Assembly: GCA_963732695.1 (NCBI GenBank)
Contig: CAVTAP010000003.1
Location: 15,532 to 79,531, forward strand
From: an uncultured Actinomycetota bacterium
GTDB taxonomy: Bacteria > Actinomycetota > Acidimicrobiia > Acidimicrobiales > SZUA-35
Length of the DNA: 64,000 nt
Direction: 5' to 3'
A program made the translations under genes and the position numbers. Of this stretch, positions 37,346 to 46,780 are shown piece after piece. The notes under the pieces were generated by a model. It did no database searches and was not told the DNA's origin. It saw only the letters and a list, made by a program, of their open reading frames with translations. Position 1 is the stretch's first letter. Every line of letters starts with the position of its first letter.

Positions 37346-38124
37346 TGGCCGGGCTCGAAGCCCATCTGCGGGCCCGCCGGGCCGAGGGCCACAAGCTGCT
37401 GCTCCCGTACCTCACCGCCGGGTACCCGGTGGGGGAGTGGCCCCGCCTGATCGAGGGGTTCGCCCTGGCCGGGGCGGACGGCATGGAGATCGGCCTCCCG
37501 TTCAGCGACCCGGTGATGGACGGGCCCACCATCCAGGAGGCCTCCACGCTGGCCCTGGAGGCCGGGGCCAACCCGTTGAGCCTGCTCGACGAGGTGGCCA
37601 AGATCGACGCCGGCATCCCGCTGGTGGCCATGACCTACTACAACATCTGCTTCCGCATGGGCCACGAACGCTTCGCCAGCGCCCTGGTCCAGGCCGGGAT
37701 CTCGGGCTGCATCCTGCCCGACCTTCCGCTGGAGGAACTGGGCCCGTGGGCCGAGGCGGCCGATGCCGCCGGGATCGAGACCGTGCTGCTGGCCGCCCCC
37801 ACCGCCCCCGACGAGCGGCTGGTCCGCATCGCCGAGCGGGCCCGGGGCTTCATCTACGGCGTGGGCCTGGTGGGCATCACGGGCGAGCGGGACGAGCTGG
37901 CGGCCAGCGCAGTGGAGATGGCCCGCCGGCTGAAGGACATCACCGACAAGCCGGTCATCATCGGCGTTGGCGTGTCCACGCCGGAGCAGGCGGCCGAGGT
38001 GTGCCAGGTGGCCGACGGCGTGGTGGTCGGCTCGGCCATCGTGCGCCGGCTGCTGGAGACAGGCTCGGTCGACGCCGCCGTCAGCTTCGTCGGCGAGCTG
38101 CGGGCCGCGCTCGATGGTTGCTGA
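37345..38124 (+). CDS. trpA: Tryptophan synthase alpha chain
   Basis: The ATG overlaps the trpB TGA. Motifs: LLPYLTAGYP, GMEIGLPFSDPVMDGPTIQ, ILPDLP, GFIYGVGLVGITG, GVGVS. Confidence 0.9.
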   Translation: MAGLEAHLRARRAEGHKLLLPYLTAGYPVGEWPRLIEGFALAGADGMEIGLPFSDPVMDGPTIQEASTLALEAGANPLSLLDEVAKIDAGIPLVAMTYYNICFRMGHERFASALVQAGISGCILPDLPLEELGPWAEAADAAGIETVLLAAPTAPDERLVRIAERARGFIYGVGLVGITGERDELAASAVEMARRLKDITDKPVIIGVGVSTPEQAAEVCQVADGVVVGSAIVRRLLETGSVDAAVSFVGELRAALDGC

Positions 38125-38518
38125 GCGGCCGTTCCCGCCCACCGATCCGGGGTGCGAGCTGTGCCGGGCCGACCGCTTCACCCACTGGTACGCCGTCACC
38201 GATGATGGCTGGGTGGCCGACTGCGAGGTATGTTCGGTCCCGATGGTGGTGTGGTGGGACCACGGGCCCGACTGTGGCCCTGAGCCCCGGGAGCGGCTAC
38301 TGGCCGCCCTCGGTGAGGCGGCCGACGAGCGCTTCGGCCCCGGCACGTGGCGGTTCGACACCACCATGCGCCAGGTGCCCGAGCACTTCCACGCCCACGC
38401 CCGGGACGACCGGTGGTTCGCCGAGCGCTTCGCCCGCCCGTTGTCCCGCTACACGGGGGTGGGGGGCGAGCGGGTGACGATGCCGCTCCCCGGATCTCAG
38501 CGTGGGGACCCCACGTGA
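38114..38518 (+). CDS. HIT-like (histidine triad) small protein
   Basis: ATG 38114 overlaps the trpA 3' end by 11 nt. It has an N-terminal CELC, then VPMVVWWDH, and a histidine-triad-like EHFHAHAR (HxHxHxx). The assignment rests on motifs only. Confidence 0.45.
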   Translation: MVAERPFPPTDPGCELCRADRFTHWYAVTDDGWVADCEVCSVPMVVWWDHGPDCGPEPRERLLAALGEAADERFGPGTWRFDTTMRQVPEHFHAHARDDRWFAERFARPLSRYTGVGGERVTMPLPGSQRGDPT

Positions 38519-39129
38519 GCGATCCGTACGAGCATCCCGAGCCGGGTGATCCTGGCTCCCGGGTGGAGTGGCGCCACATGGACTGGGAGCACCTCGGCTC
38601 CCGCTACGCCCACGACCTGATCCTGTTCCAGGCCCGCTACGACCAGCTGAAGCATCCCTCGTCGGGCCGGGTGTTCGAGCGGATCGTGCTGGAGTCGGTC
38701 GACTGGGTGAACTGTGTGGCCGTCACCGCCGACGGCCACCACGTCATGGTTCGCCAGTTCCGCTTCGGCAGCCGGTACACCACGCTGGAGACGCCGGGCG
38801 GCATGGTCGACGAGGGGGAGGACTCCCTCACCGCCGCCCGCCGGGAGTTGCTGGAGGAGACGGGCTACGGCGGCGGCACCTGGACCTACCTGGGCTCGGT
38901 CGAGCCCAACCCCGCCTTCCACACCAACCTGTGCCACCACTGGCTGGGGGTGGGGGTGGAGCTGGTGGCCCCGCCCACGCCCGGTACCGGCGAGCACCTG
39001 GCCGTCGAGCTGATGACCGACGACGAGGTGATGGCGGCGGCCCGCCGGGGCGAGATCCGCCATGCCCTGGCCCTGTCGGTGATCGGACGGGTGCTCGACC
39101 TCTGGCCCCGCCCCAACCTCCGAAACTAG
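38515..39129 (+). CDS. NUDIX hydrolase (ADP-ribose pyrophosphatase-like)
   Basis: GTG 38515 overlaps the upstream TGA (GTGA). The Nudix box is GGMVDEGEDSLTAARRELLEETGY. Confidence 0.8.
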   Translation: MSDPYEHPEPGDPGSRVEWRHMDWEHLGSRYAHDLILFQARYDQLKHPSSGRVFERIVLESVDWVNCVAVTADGHHVMVRQFRFGSRYTTLETPGGMVDEGEDSLTAARRELLEETGYGGGTWTYLGSVEPNPAFHTNLCHHWLGVGVELVAPPTPGTGEHLAVELMTDDEVMAAARRGEIRHALALSVIGRVLDLWPRPNLRN

Positions 39130-39164
39130 GAGCCTGAGCGGCGCTGAGCGCTGCTTTTCCTCCT
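39128..39164 (+). terminator. Hairpin plus T-run after the NUDIX gene; second copy of the AGGAGCYTGAGCGGCGCTGAGCGC element
   Basis: AGGAGCCTGAGCGGCGCTGAGCGCTGCTTTTCCTCCT. It overlaps the NUDIX TAG at its 5' end and the TAG of the convergent HisN-DUF3500 gene at its 3' end. Confidence 0.55.
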
Positions 39165-41322
39165 AATTTCGGGGGGTGTGGCCGCCGTGGCGGTGGTCGA
39201 ACCGTTGATGGTGGGCGCCCAGCAGGTCGGCGCCGTAATCGCCGCCGTTGGGGGTGCGGACCACCGTGTGGACGTGGTGACGTGACGGCTCCTCGTTGTC
39301 GAGGGCCACGCCGGGATGGTGGTCGAACTCCACCAGCAGCACCGGGCTGTGGACCCGGTAGTAGAAGGGCGACACGTCGTCGATGCCGCCGTACCAGGAG
39401 AACCAGGTCTCGTCGAGGTGGGCCTGCACCTCGGCCAGCCGGCCGGCGGCATGGGCGTCGGCCGACCAGCCGACGTAGGAGGCGGCCAGCGACACCAGCA
39501 CCTTGCGCTGGGCGTCGCTGAGCTCGGCCCCGGCCACGCCCTGGTAGGGGGCCACCAGGTTGTCGTGAAAGGCGCCGGCCGCCATCCGGCCATCGAAGGC
39601 GTTCTGGAGCAGGGCCGGGATGTGGTCGGGGTGGATCGAGGGGTACAGGATGGCCCGGGCCCGCTGGCTGCTGTCGAGCGACCGGATCAGGTCGAGCCCC
39701 AGGGATTCCTCGGGGTCGAACAGTGAGGTTCCGGCCAGCGGCCCCAGGTTCACCCGCCGGGGCTCGGCCCCCATGAAGGTGGGAGTGGTGACGAGGTGCC
39801 CGTCCACGGCCACGGCGTTCACGCACAAGTGGTGGCCGTCGATCTGCCAACCCCAGGGCTCGGACCCCGCCGGATCGCCGAAGATCGACACGAAGTAGGG
39901 CCACTCGCCGAAGGCCTCGTGGTCGCCCGTGATCTCGGCCAGTAGCTCGTTGAGCCGCATGATCGAGCGGGCCTGGTGGAAGCCACGGGCCGACAGCGAC
40001 GCCCGCACGATGTCGAGCGCCGCCTCCCGCTGGGCCGGTGCCAGGTCCTCCAGCATGAGGCCGTGGCGGAAGTGGTTCATGTGGACGTTGATCCACATCC
40101 GCCACTCATCGGCGTCGAAGGCGAACGTGGCCCGCTGGCGCTGTTCCGGTGTGAGGCCGCCCAGGAAGGTCTGGGCCGCCTCGGCCACGGCCGCCGTCCC
40201 CGGGCCGGGCCGGGGACGGCCGCCGGAGGGGGAGCGGGGTCGGATGATCCCGTCGCTGGTCACGCCGAGGAAGGGCCGGGCGAGCTCGGCCGCCCGCTCG
40301 TCGACGATCTCCAGGATCGCCGGCGCCGCCGTGGTGACCGGCACCCGGGCCGACATCGACGGCATGGGCCGGAGCCCGAACCGGCGCCACGGGTCGGCCG
40401 CCTGCTCGTCGGCGGTGCCGATCGGGGTGCTCACCTTGCGGGCCAGCAGGGGCTCGTCGGCGGTGGGGGGCCGCAGCCCGGCCAGCACGTCGAGCACCTG
40501 GCCGACGAGGGCCGGATTGGTGTGCACGGCGGTGGTTGAGTCGAGCCGGGTGCCGCCCCAGGCGTCGCGGAACACGCCGCCGGCCTCGGTCACGAGCAGG
40601 CTGGGGCCGGCATGGTCCCACAGCGAGCCGAAGGTCATGACGGCCACGTCGAGGTGGCCCTCGGCCACCATGGCGGCGTCGAGGGCGAAGCAGTGACTGC
40701 GGGGCTCGGCCGGCGGGGTGAACCGTTTGGCCACCGCGTTGCGCCAGCCCAGCAGGAAGCCCTCGAACGGGATCACGATCACCGATGCGTCGTCGAGCCG
40801 CCCGGTGGCGGTACAGCTGAGGCGGGTACCGGCGGAGCGGTCGAACAGGGAACCTGCAGGGTTCCCGCCGTCGGCCGCGTAGGGGGCGGCCCACGCCCCG
40901 CCGCCCCGGGTGGCCCACCACCGCCGGCCGAAGCGGGGGGCGGTCACCAGAGCCACCGCCACACCGTGTTCGTCCTGGAGGGCCACGATCGTGCCCCAGC
41001 CGGTGCGACCGGCGGCGTAGTTGTGGGTGCCGTCTATGCCGTCGAAGATCCAGCGCCGGCGGGCTGGTGCCGGGTCGTCCGGGTCCGCCGCCGGGGCCGG
41101 GTGGGGGCCGACCTCCTCGCCGATGGCGGCGTCGGCCGGCCGGTGCCGTCGTACGAGGGCCAGCATGGCCTGCTCCACCGCCAGGTCGACCTCCGACACC
41201 GGGGTTCCGTCGTCCTTGGTGACCGTGCGGAGCTCCTCGGAGCGGAAGTGGGCGGTCGACACGGCGTCGGCGGCGTCGGCCAGCTCGAACGCGAGGTCGA
41301 GGTCATCGTCGAGCGACGTCAT
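39163..41322 (-). CDS. Fusion protein: inositol-monophosphatase-family histidinol-phosphatase (HisN-like) N-terminal domain plus DUF3500 C-terminal domain
   Basis: ATG 41322 gives MTSLDDDLDLAFELADAAD... IMPase/HisN motifs are present: KDDGTPVSEVDLAVE, AIGEE, WIFDGIDGTHNY, WDHAG. From about aa 330 the DUF3500-type region begins (FLGGLTPEQRQRATFAFDADEWRMW..., WGWQIDGHHL, YYRVHSPVLLVEFDHH). The reading frame is single and uninterrupted. Confidence 0.7.
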   Translation of the reverse strand: MTSLDDDLDLAFELADAADAVSTAHFRSEELRTVTKDDGTPVSEVDLAVEQAMLALVRRHRPADAAIGEEVGPHPAPAADPDDPAPARRRWIFDGIDGTHNYAAGRTGWGTIVALQDEHGVAVALVTAPRFGRRWWATRGGGAWAAPYAADGGNPAGSLFDRSAGTRLSCTATGRLDDASVIVIPFEGFLLGWRNAVAKRFTPPAEPRSHCFALDAAMVAEGHLDVAVMTFGSLWDHAGPSLLVTEAGGVFRDAWGGTRLDSTTAVHTNPALVGQVLDVLAGLRPPTADEPLLARKVSTPIGTADEQAADPWRRFGLRPMPSMSARVPVTTAAPAILEIVDERAAELARPFLGVTSDGIIRPRSPSGGRPRPGPGTAAVAEAAQTFLGGLTPEQRQRATFAFDADEWRMWINVHMNHFRHGLMLEDLAPAQREAALDIVRASLSARGFHQARSIMRLNELLAEITGDHEAFGEWPYFVSIFGDPAGSEPWGWQIDGHHLCVNAVAVDGHLVTTPTFMGAEPRRVNLGPLAGTSLFDPEESLGLDLIRSLDSSQRARAILYPSIHPDHIPALLQNAFDGRMAAGAFHDNLVAPYQGVAGAELSDAQRKVLVSLAASYVGWSADAHAAGRLAEVQAHLDETWFSWYGGIDDVSPFYYRVHSPVLLVEFDHHPGVALDNEEPSRHHVHTVVRTPNGGDYGADLLGAHHQRFDHRHGGHTPRN

Positions 41323-41417
41323 GGCCTCAGTCTGCCAGCGCCCGGCGCCGCCACCCGACCCAGCATGGGTAACCTCTCCGTTACTTAGAGCCGTGTCCAA
41401 TAATGGGAGGGACCTCC

Positions 41418-41879
41418 ATGGCTACCGAAACCCGAAGCACCTTCAAGCGATCCGTCACCGTGTCGGTCGACATCAACGCCGCACCGGCCGTGGTGTGGGG
41501 GCTGCTCACCGACGCTGCCGCCATGCCGTCGTGGAACTCCACCGTGACACGCATCGAGGGTGCCATCGCCGCCGACCAGCGTCTGGCCATCACCGTGCCC
41601 ATCAGCGACCGGACGTTCAAGCCCAAGGTCGTGGCGTTCGAAGCCCCGACCACGATGACGTGGGCCGACGGGCAGGCGCCGATGTTCAGGGGCGAGCGGG
41701 TGTTCCGGCTCGAGCCCCAGGGCGACGGCACCCGGTTCAGCATGACCGAGACGTTCTCCGGCATCATGCTGCCGATGATCGCCCGGTCCCTCCCCGACTT
41801 CGTCCCGGTGTTCGACGCCTACGCCGCCGATCTGAAGGCGGCGGCCGAGCTGGCGGGGGCCGACACCGCCAACCGGTGA
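41418..41879 (+). CDS. SRPBCC (polyketide cyclase/START-like) domain protein
   Basis: ATG 41418 is preceded by GGGAGGG. RSVTVSVDINAAPAVVWGLLTDAAAMPSWNS... is the typical SRPBCC N-terminus. Confidence 0.7.
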   Translation: MATETRSTFKRSVTVSVDINAAPAVVWGLLTDAAAMPSWNSTVTRIEGAIAADQRLAITVPISDRTFKPKVVAFEAPTTMTWADGQAPMFRGERVFRLEPQGDGTRFSMTETFSGIMLPMIARSLPDFVPVFDAYAADLKAAAELAGADTANR

Positions 41880-41883
41880 CGGG

Positions 41884-42333
41884 TTGACCGGCGACCGGAC
41901 GCAGCAACTCATCGATGCCGTCAGCTCGCCCGTACGGCGCGAGATCCTGTGGCTGGTGTGGGACCGGGAGCTGACCGCCGGCGAGATCGCCGCCGCCTTC
42001 CCTCTGCGGGCACCGACGATCTCGTCGCACCTCGGGGTGCTCCGACGGGCCGGCCTGGTGACCATGACCCGGCAGGGCACGTTCCGCCGCTACCGGGCCC
42101 GGGCCGACGAGGTGCAGCGCCTGCGATCCGTGCTCGGCGACAGCGGTGGGCGGTGGGGCCCCAGCGGATCGTCGGAGCCCCGGGCGCCGGGCCGCACGGT
42201 GGGTGCCGCCGTGGTGTCGACGTCGGGCTCCTGCAGCCGGGCCGAGGCGTTCCGGGCCTTCACCGATCCTGCCGTCTACTCCCGGTGGGTGGGGGTGCCG
42301 GTCACGATCGACCGGGGTGCGTGGTGGAGGTGA
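41884..42333 (+). CDS. ArsR/SmtB-family transcriptional regulator with a truncated C-terminal SRPBCC remnant
   Basis: SPVRREILWLVWDRELTAGEIAAAFPLRAPTISSHLGVLRRAGLV is a winged HTH. It is followed by AFRAFTDPAVYSRWVGVPVTID, which breaks off. A plausible domain end (EVTQLL...YMERAWGMILARF) continues in another frame up to 42446. Confidence 0.6.
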   Translation: MTGDRTQQLIDAVSSPVRREILWLVWDRELTAGEIAAAFPLRAPTISSHLGVLRRAGLVTMTRQGTFRRYRARADEVQRLRSVLGDSGGRWGPSGSSEPRAPGRTVGAAVVSTSGSCSRAEAFRAFTDPAVYSRWVGVPVTIDRGAWWR

Positions 42334-42472
42334 CGCAGCTGTTGCGGGCCAGCGCCCAGGCCGACTACATGGAGCGGGCCTGGGGGATGATCCTGGCCCG
42401 CTTCGCCGCCGGGGTACGGGCCGCCCTGGCCGCCGCCGGGCCCTGACCGGGGCCCGGCAGCCAGGCGTCGGA

Positions 42473-42895
42473 TCAGATGGCCCGCATACGATTGTTGCGG
42501 GCGTTGTGCTCCAGCTCGGCCCGGCCGAGATGCTCGAGCAGGGGCGGCAGGTACATGCCGAAGCGGCCCCGGAGGCCCTTCTTGAGGCCGTACCAGCCGC
42601 CGACCGGGTTGTCGGCCGACCGGCCCCACGCCTCGACGGTGCCGTCCTTGGCCGGCTTCTGCTCGTCGGCCGCCCCCAGGTCCATCCAGTCGCCGTGGGC
42701 TTTCAGCATGGCATGGAGGTCGTCGATGCAGCGGGCGTCGTACAGCAGCACGGTCTTGCCCACGGTGCATACGATCACGTCGGTGCCGTCGCGCTCGTCG
42801 CGGTGCATCGTGTAGTCCGACGACAGCGGCGGTGTCTTGAGCCGCCACGGATCGTCCTTGGTGCCGGATCCACTGCTGAGCGCCTCGTCGGCCAT
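42473..42895 (-). CDS. Conserved hypothetical protein
   Basis: 140-aa track ORF with host-like codon bias. GTKDDPWRLKTPP...VGGWYGLKKGLRGRFGMYLPPLLEHLG...HNARNNRMRA looks like a conserved family that I cannot name. Confidence 0.55.
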   Translation of the reverse strand: MADEALSSGSGTKDDPWRLKTPPLSSDYTMHRDERDGTDVIVCTVGKTVLLYDARCIDDLHAMLKAHGDWMDLGAADEQKPAKDGTVEAWGRSADNPVGGWYGLKKGLRGRFGMYLPPLLEHLGRAELEHNARNNRMRAI

Positions 42896-42922
42896 GCTGT
42901 CTCCCTTGTCTGTGGTGGTTGG

Positions 42923-43408
42923 TCAGGTCGGCGGCGTGCCGGCGGCAGCCTGGTGGAAGAGTTGCGTGATGTGGCTCCAGGCCGTGGCCGTGCGGTCCCG
43001 GCGGGGCCGGCCCTGGTCGCCCAGGGCGTCCCAGCCGCTCTGGACCAGGCAGACCCGGGTGCCGTCGGGCACCGGGTCGAACGTCACTTCCACCAGGGTG
43101 GCCTCGACCCGGTCGAAGAAGAGGTGCCACCAGTAGCTGAGCCGTCGGGGCGGGTCGAAGACCACGATCTCACCCCACGGGTGCTCGGTCCCGTCGGGTC
43201 CCTGCTCGTAGATGCGGCCCCCGGGGGTGGGCTCGAACACGATCCGACCCGGGTTGCCGCTGATCGTGTGGCTGGTCGGCCACCACAGGGCGGTGCGGGC
43301 GGTCCACAGCTCGAAGGCGTGGGCCGGCGGCGCGGCCACCACCAGGTCGACCTCCAGGGGCGGCAGCATGTTGCCGCCACCGACCGGGCCGGCATCGTCG
43401 TTGCTCAC
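42923..43408 (-). CDS. SRPBCC / Aha1-like domain protein
   Basis: GTG 43408 overlaps the ArsR TGA (GTGA). VDLVVAAPPAHAFELWT...WWP...GGRIYEQGPDG...WGEIVVFDPPRRLSYWW...TLVEVTF...GTRV. Confidence 0.7.
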   Translation of the reverse strand: MSNDDAGPVGGGNMLPPLEVDLVVAAPPAHAFELWTARTALWWPTSHTISGNPGRIVFEPTPGGRIYEQGPDGTEHPWGEIVVFDPPRRLSYWWHLFFDRVEATLVEVTFDPVPDGTRVCLVQSGWDALGDQGRPRRDRTATAWSHITQLFHQAAAGTPPT

Positions 43409-43728
43409 GGCTGCTCCGGTGCGGTGTTGTCGGCCGCCAGCTTGAACCGGGCCGCCGCCTCCCCCCACAGCAGGGCGAAGTAGGCCCGGACCGCCTCGGC
43501 CCCCTCGGGTCGGAGCCGGTAGAGGTGCCGGGTGCCGACCACCTCGTCGATCACCAGCTCGGCCTGCTTCAGCAGCCGCAGGTGGCGGGACACGGCGGGA
43601 CGGCTGATCGGCAGCCGGTCGGCGATGGCCTGCACCGGCGTCGGCCCTTCGGCCACGATCTCCAGGATCCGGCGGCGGTTGGGATCGCCCAGTGCGTCCA
43701 GGGCGGCGGCATGACGCTCGGCGCTCAT
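43405..43728 (-). CDS. ArsR/SmtB-family transcriptional regulator
   Basis: LDALGDPNRRRILEIVAEGPTPVQAIADRLPISRPAVSRHLRLLKQAELV. I prefer ATG 43728 (GGGTGGG upstream); the track start is 43752. Confidence 0.8.
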   Translation of the reverse strand: MSAERHAAALDALGDPNRRRILEIVAEGPTPVQAIADRLPISRPAVSRHLRLLKQAELVIDEVVGTRHLYRLRPEGAEAVRAYFALLWGEAAARFKLAADNTAPEQP

Positions 43729-43783
43729 GCCGCCCACCCTATCGGTAACCACCTAGTTACGACACCGGACGTGGACGGACGGT

Positions 43784-45514
<1,731 letters not shown>

Positions 45515-45737
45515 CTATGACGGCGTGCCGGTACCTCGACCGGCGATACGGGTGAGGGTGGAGCCGGGCCGTCGACGGCGGAGACCGCCGCTGGACGGTG
45601 ACCGAATCGCAGAGGGGCGCTCACACCCAGCCGACCGCTCGCACCTCGCTCCCCGTAAGGGGACCGCTGGTGGTGGGTCTGGCTCGACTCCGTCTCGTCG
45701 TCCTCGACTCCCGACACAGGTAACCCGGCGCGCTTGG

Positions 45738-45788
45738 TTAAGCGGCCGGGCCCAGAAGTCGAAGTCGAAGGTCGAGCAGAAAACGCAC
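45738..45788 (-). promoter_or_regulatory. Leu-rich leader peptide uORF (16 codons: M/V-R-F-L-L-D-L-R-L-R-L-L-G-P-A-A-stop) upstream of leuA
   Basis: Hand-translated: GTG CGT TTT CTG CTC GAC CTT CGA CTT CGA CTT CTG GGC CCG GCC GCT TAA. Six Leu codons, three of them CTT. TGC-TAGAGT (an extended -10) at 45797-45805 ends 8 nt before the GTG. The uORF lies 238 nt upstream of the leuA ATG. Confidence 0.55.
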
Positions 45789-45857
45789 CGAGCTGGACTC
45801 TAGCACGTTCGGGGGGAAACGACCAGCGTCGGACGTTTCGCCGCAGGCGAAACTCGA

Positions 45858-45893
45858 GCAACCCGAAGGGTTGCCGGCAACCCGAAGGGTTGC
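45858..45893 (-). terminator. Two identical tandem hairpins (GCAACCC-nnn-GGGTTGC, twice) 2 nt after the anti-sigma stop
   Basis: GCAACCCGAAGGGTTGC CG GCAACCCGAAGGGTTGC on the plus strand, so it is self-complementary on both strands. On the minus strand it is followed by TCGAGTTTCG. Confidence 0.5.
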
Positions 45894-45895
45894 AC

Positions 45896-46153
45896 TCAGA
45901 TCTCGCCCCGGGCCAGCCGCTGGCCGTAGGCCTGCAGGGCAGTCAGCACGTCGGGGTCGACAGAGGCCCGGCAGGTGATCAGGGCCCGCTTGATGTCGGC
46001 GTAGATCTGGCGTTCGTGATCGCAGTCGGGGCACAGGTCGAGGTGGCCGATCATCTGGCGGGCATCGCCGGCTCCGGTCTCGCCGTCGAGGTAGGACTGG
46101 AGCGAGAGCAGAACGTCCTCGCACGACAGGTCGCGTGGATCCGACCCTGGCAT
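45896..46153 (-). CDS. Zinc-binding anti-sigma factor (ZAS family, RsrA/RshA-like)
   Basis: HLDLCPDC is the HxxxCxxC ZAS motif, and there is an N-terminal Cys (DLSCEDVLLSLQSYLDGE). It sits immediately downstream of the ECF sigma gene. The start is ATG 46153 or 46165. Confidence 0.8.
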   Translation of the reverse strand: MPGSDPRDLSCEDVLLSLQSYLDGETGAGDARQMIGHLDLCPDCDHERQIYADIKRALITCRASVDPDVLTALQAYGQRLARGEI

Positions 46154-46154
46154 G

Positions 46155-46712
46155 TCAGTGCCCACCTCCCAGGGCGTCGAGCCCCACCTCGGCGATGTGG
46201 TCCCGTATGCGCTTGCGAGCCCGGTGCAGGCGGGACATGACCGTTCCCACCGGTATCTCGAGCATGTCGGCCGCCTCCTGGTACGACAGCCCGTTCAGGT
46301 CGACGAGCTCCACGACCTCCCGGAACTTGTCGGGCAGGGCGTTGTACGCCGCCTCCACCGTGGCGTCGAACGTGGCCCCCACCACGAGATCCTCCGGGCC
46401 GGCGGTATCGGCCGCCTGGGTGGAGCGCTCGAAGGTCAGATCGGGGTCGGCCAGGAGATCGGGCTGGCGCTTGCGGGCCCGGTTGATGTTGGCGTTGCGC
46501 ATGATGGTGAGCAGCCAGGCCCGGGGGTAGCGGCCGTCGAAGCGGTCGATCGCCCGGTAGGCCCGCAGCAGCGTCTCCTGCACCAGATCCTGAGCATCGA
46601 CGTCGGAGCGGGTGAGCGATCGGGCCGTGCGGTACAGGAGGTCCAGTTCGGGCAGCACGTACTGCTCGAATGATGCCGTGGTGTCGGTGGCCGGGGTCAT
46701 GAGCAACACCAT
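46155..46712 (-). CDS. ECF (group IV) sigma-70 factor, SigH/SigR/SigE-like
   Basis: Region 2 is DLVQETLLRAYRAIDRFDGRYPRAWLLTIMRN and region 4 is LSYQEAADMLEIPVGTVMSRLHRARKR. The start is ATG 46712 or 46700. The track ORF extends further upstream into the promoter. Confidence 0.85.
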   Translation of the reverse strand: MVLLMTPATDTTASFEQYVLPELDLLYRTARSLTRSDVDAQDLVQETLLRAYRAIDRFDGRYPRAWLLTIMRNANINRARKRQPDLLADPDLTFERSTQAADTAGPEDLVVGATFDATVEAAYNALPDKFREVVELVDLNGLSYQEAADMLEIPVGTVMSRLHRARKRIRDHIAEVGLDALGGGH

Positions 46713-46721
46713 CGGCAAGGG

Positions 46722-46747
46722 AACCGGACCGGGTGGAGGTTCATTCC
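46722..46747 (-). promoter_or_regulatory. SigH/SigR-type autoregulatory promoter GGAAT-N18-GTT
   Basis: The minus strand reads GGAATGAACCTCCACCCGGTCCGGTT. GGAAT is at 46747-46743 and GTT at 46724-46722, with exactly 18 nt between them. The GTT lies 9 nt upstream of ATG 46712. Confidence 0.6.
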
Positions 46748-46780
46748 TGCATCCTGACATGGTGGGACGAAAAACAGCGT

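Noticed and set aside
27725-38124. Absence of trpD and trpG from the trp region as a pathway gap.
   Set aside because: These genes are commonly located elsewhere in actinobacterial genomes. Absence from a 64-kb window is not evidence of absence from the genome.
45858-45893. The twin hairpins as an ANTAR (PdtaR) target.
   Set aside because: ANTAR substrates have two stems with hexaloops (A at position 1, G at position 4). These stems have 3-5 nt loops and are perfect duplicates placed right after a stop codon.
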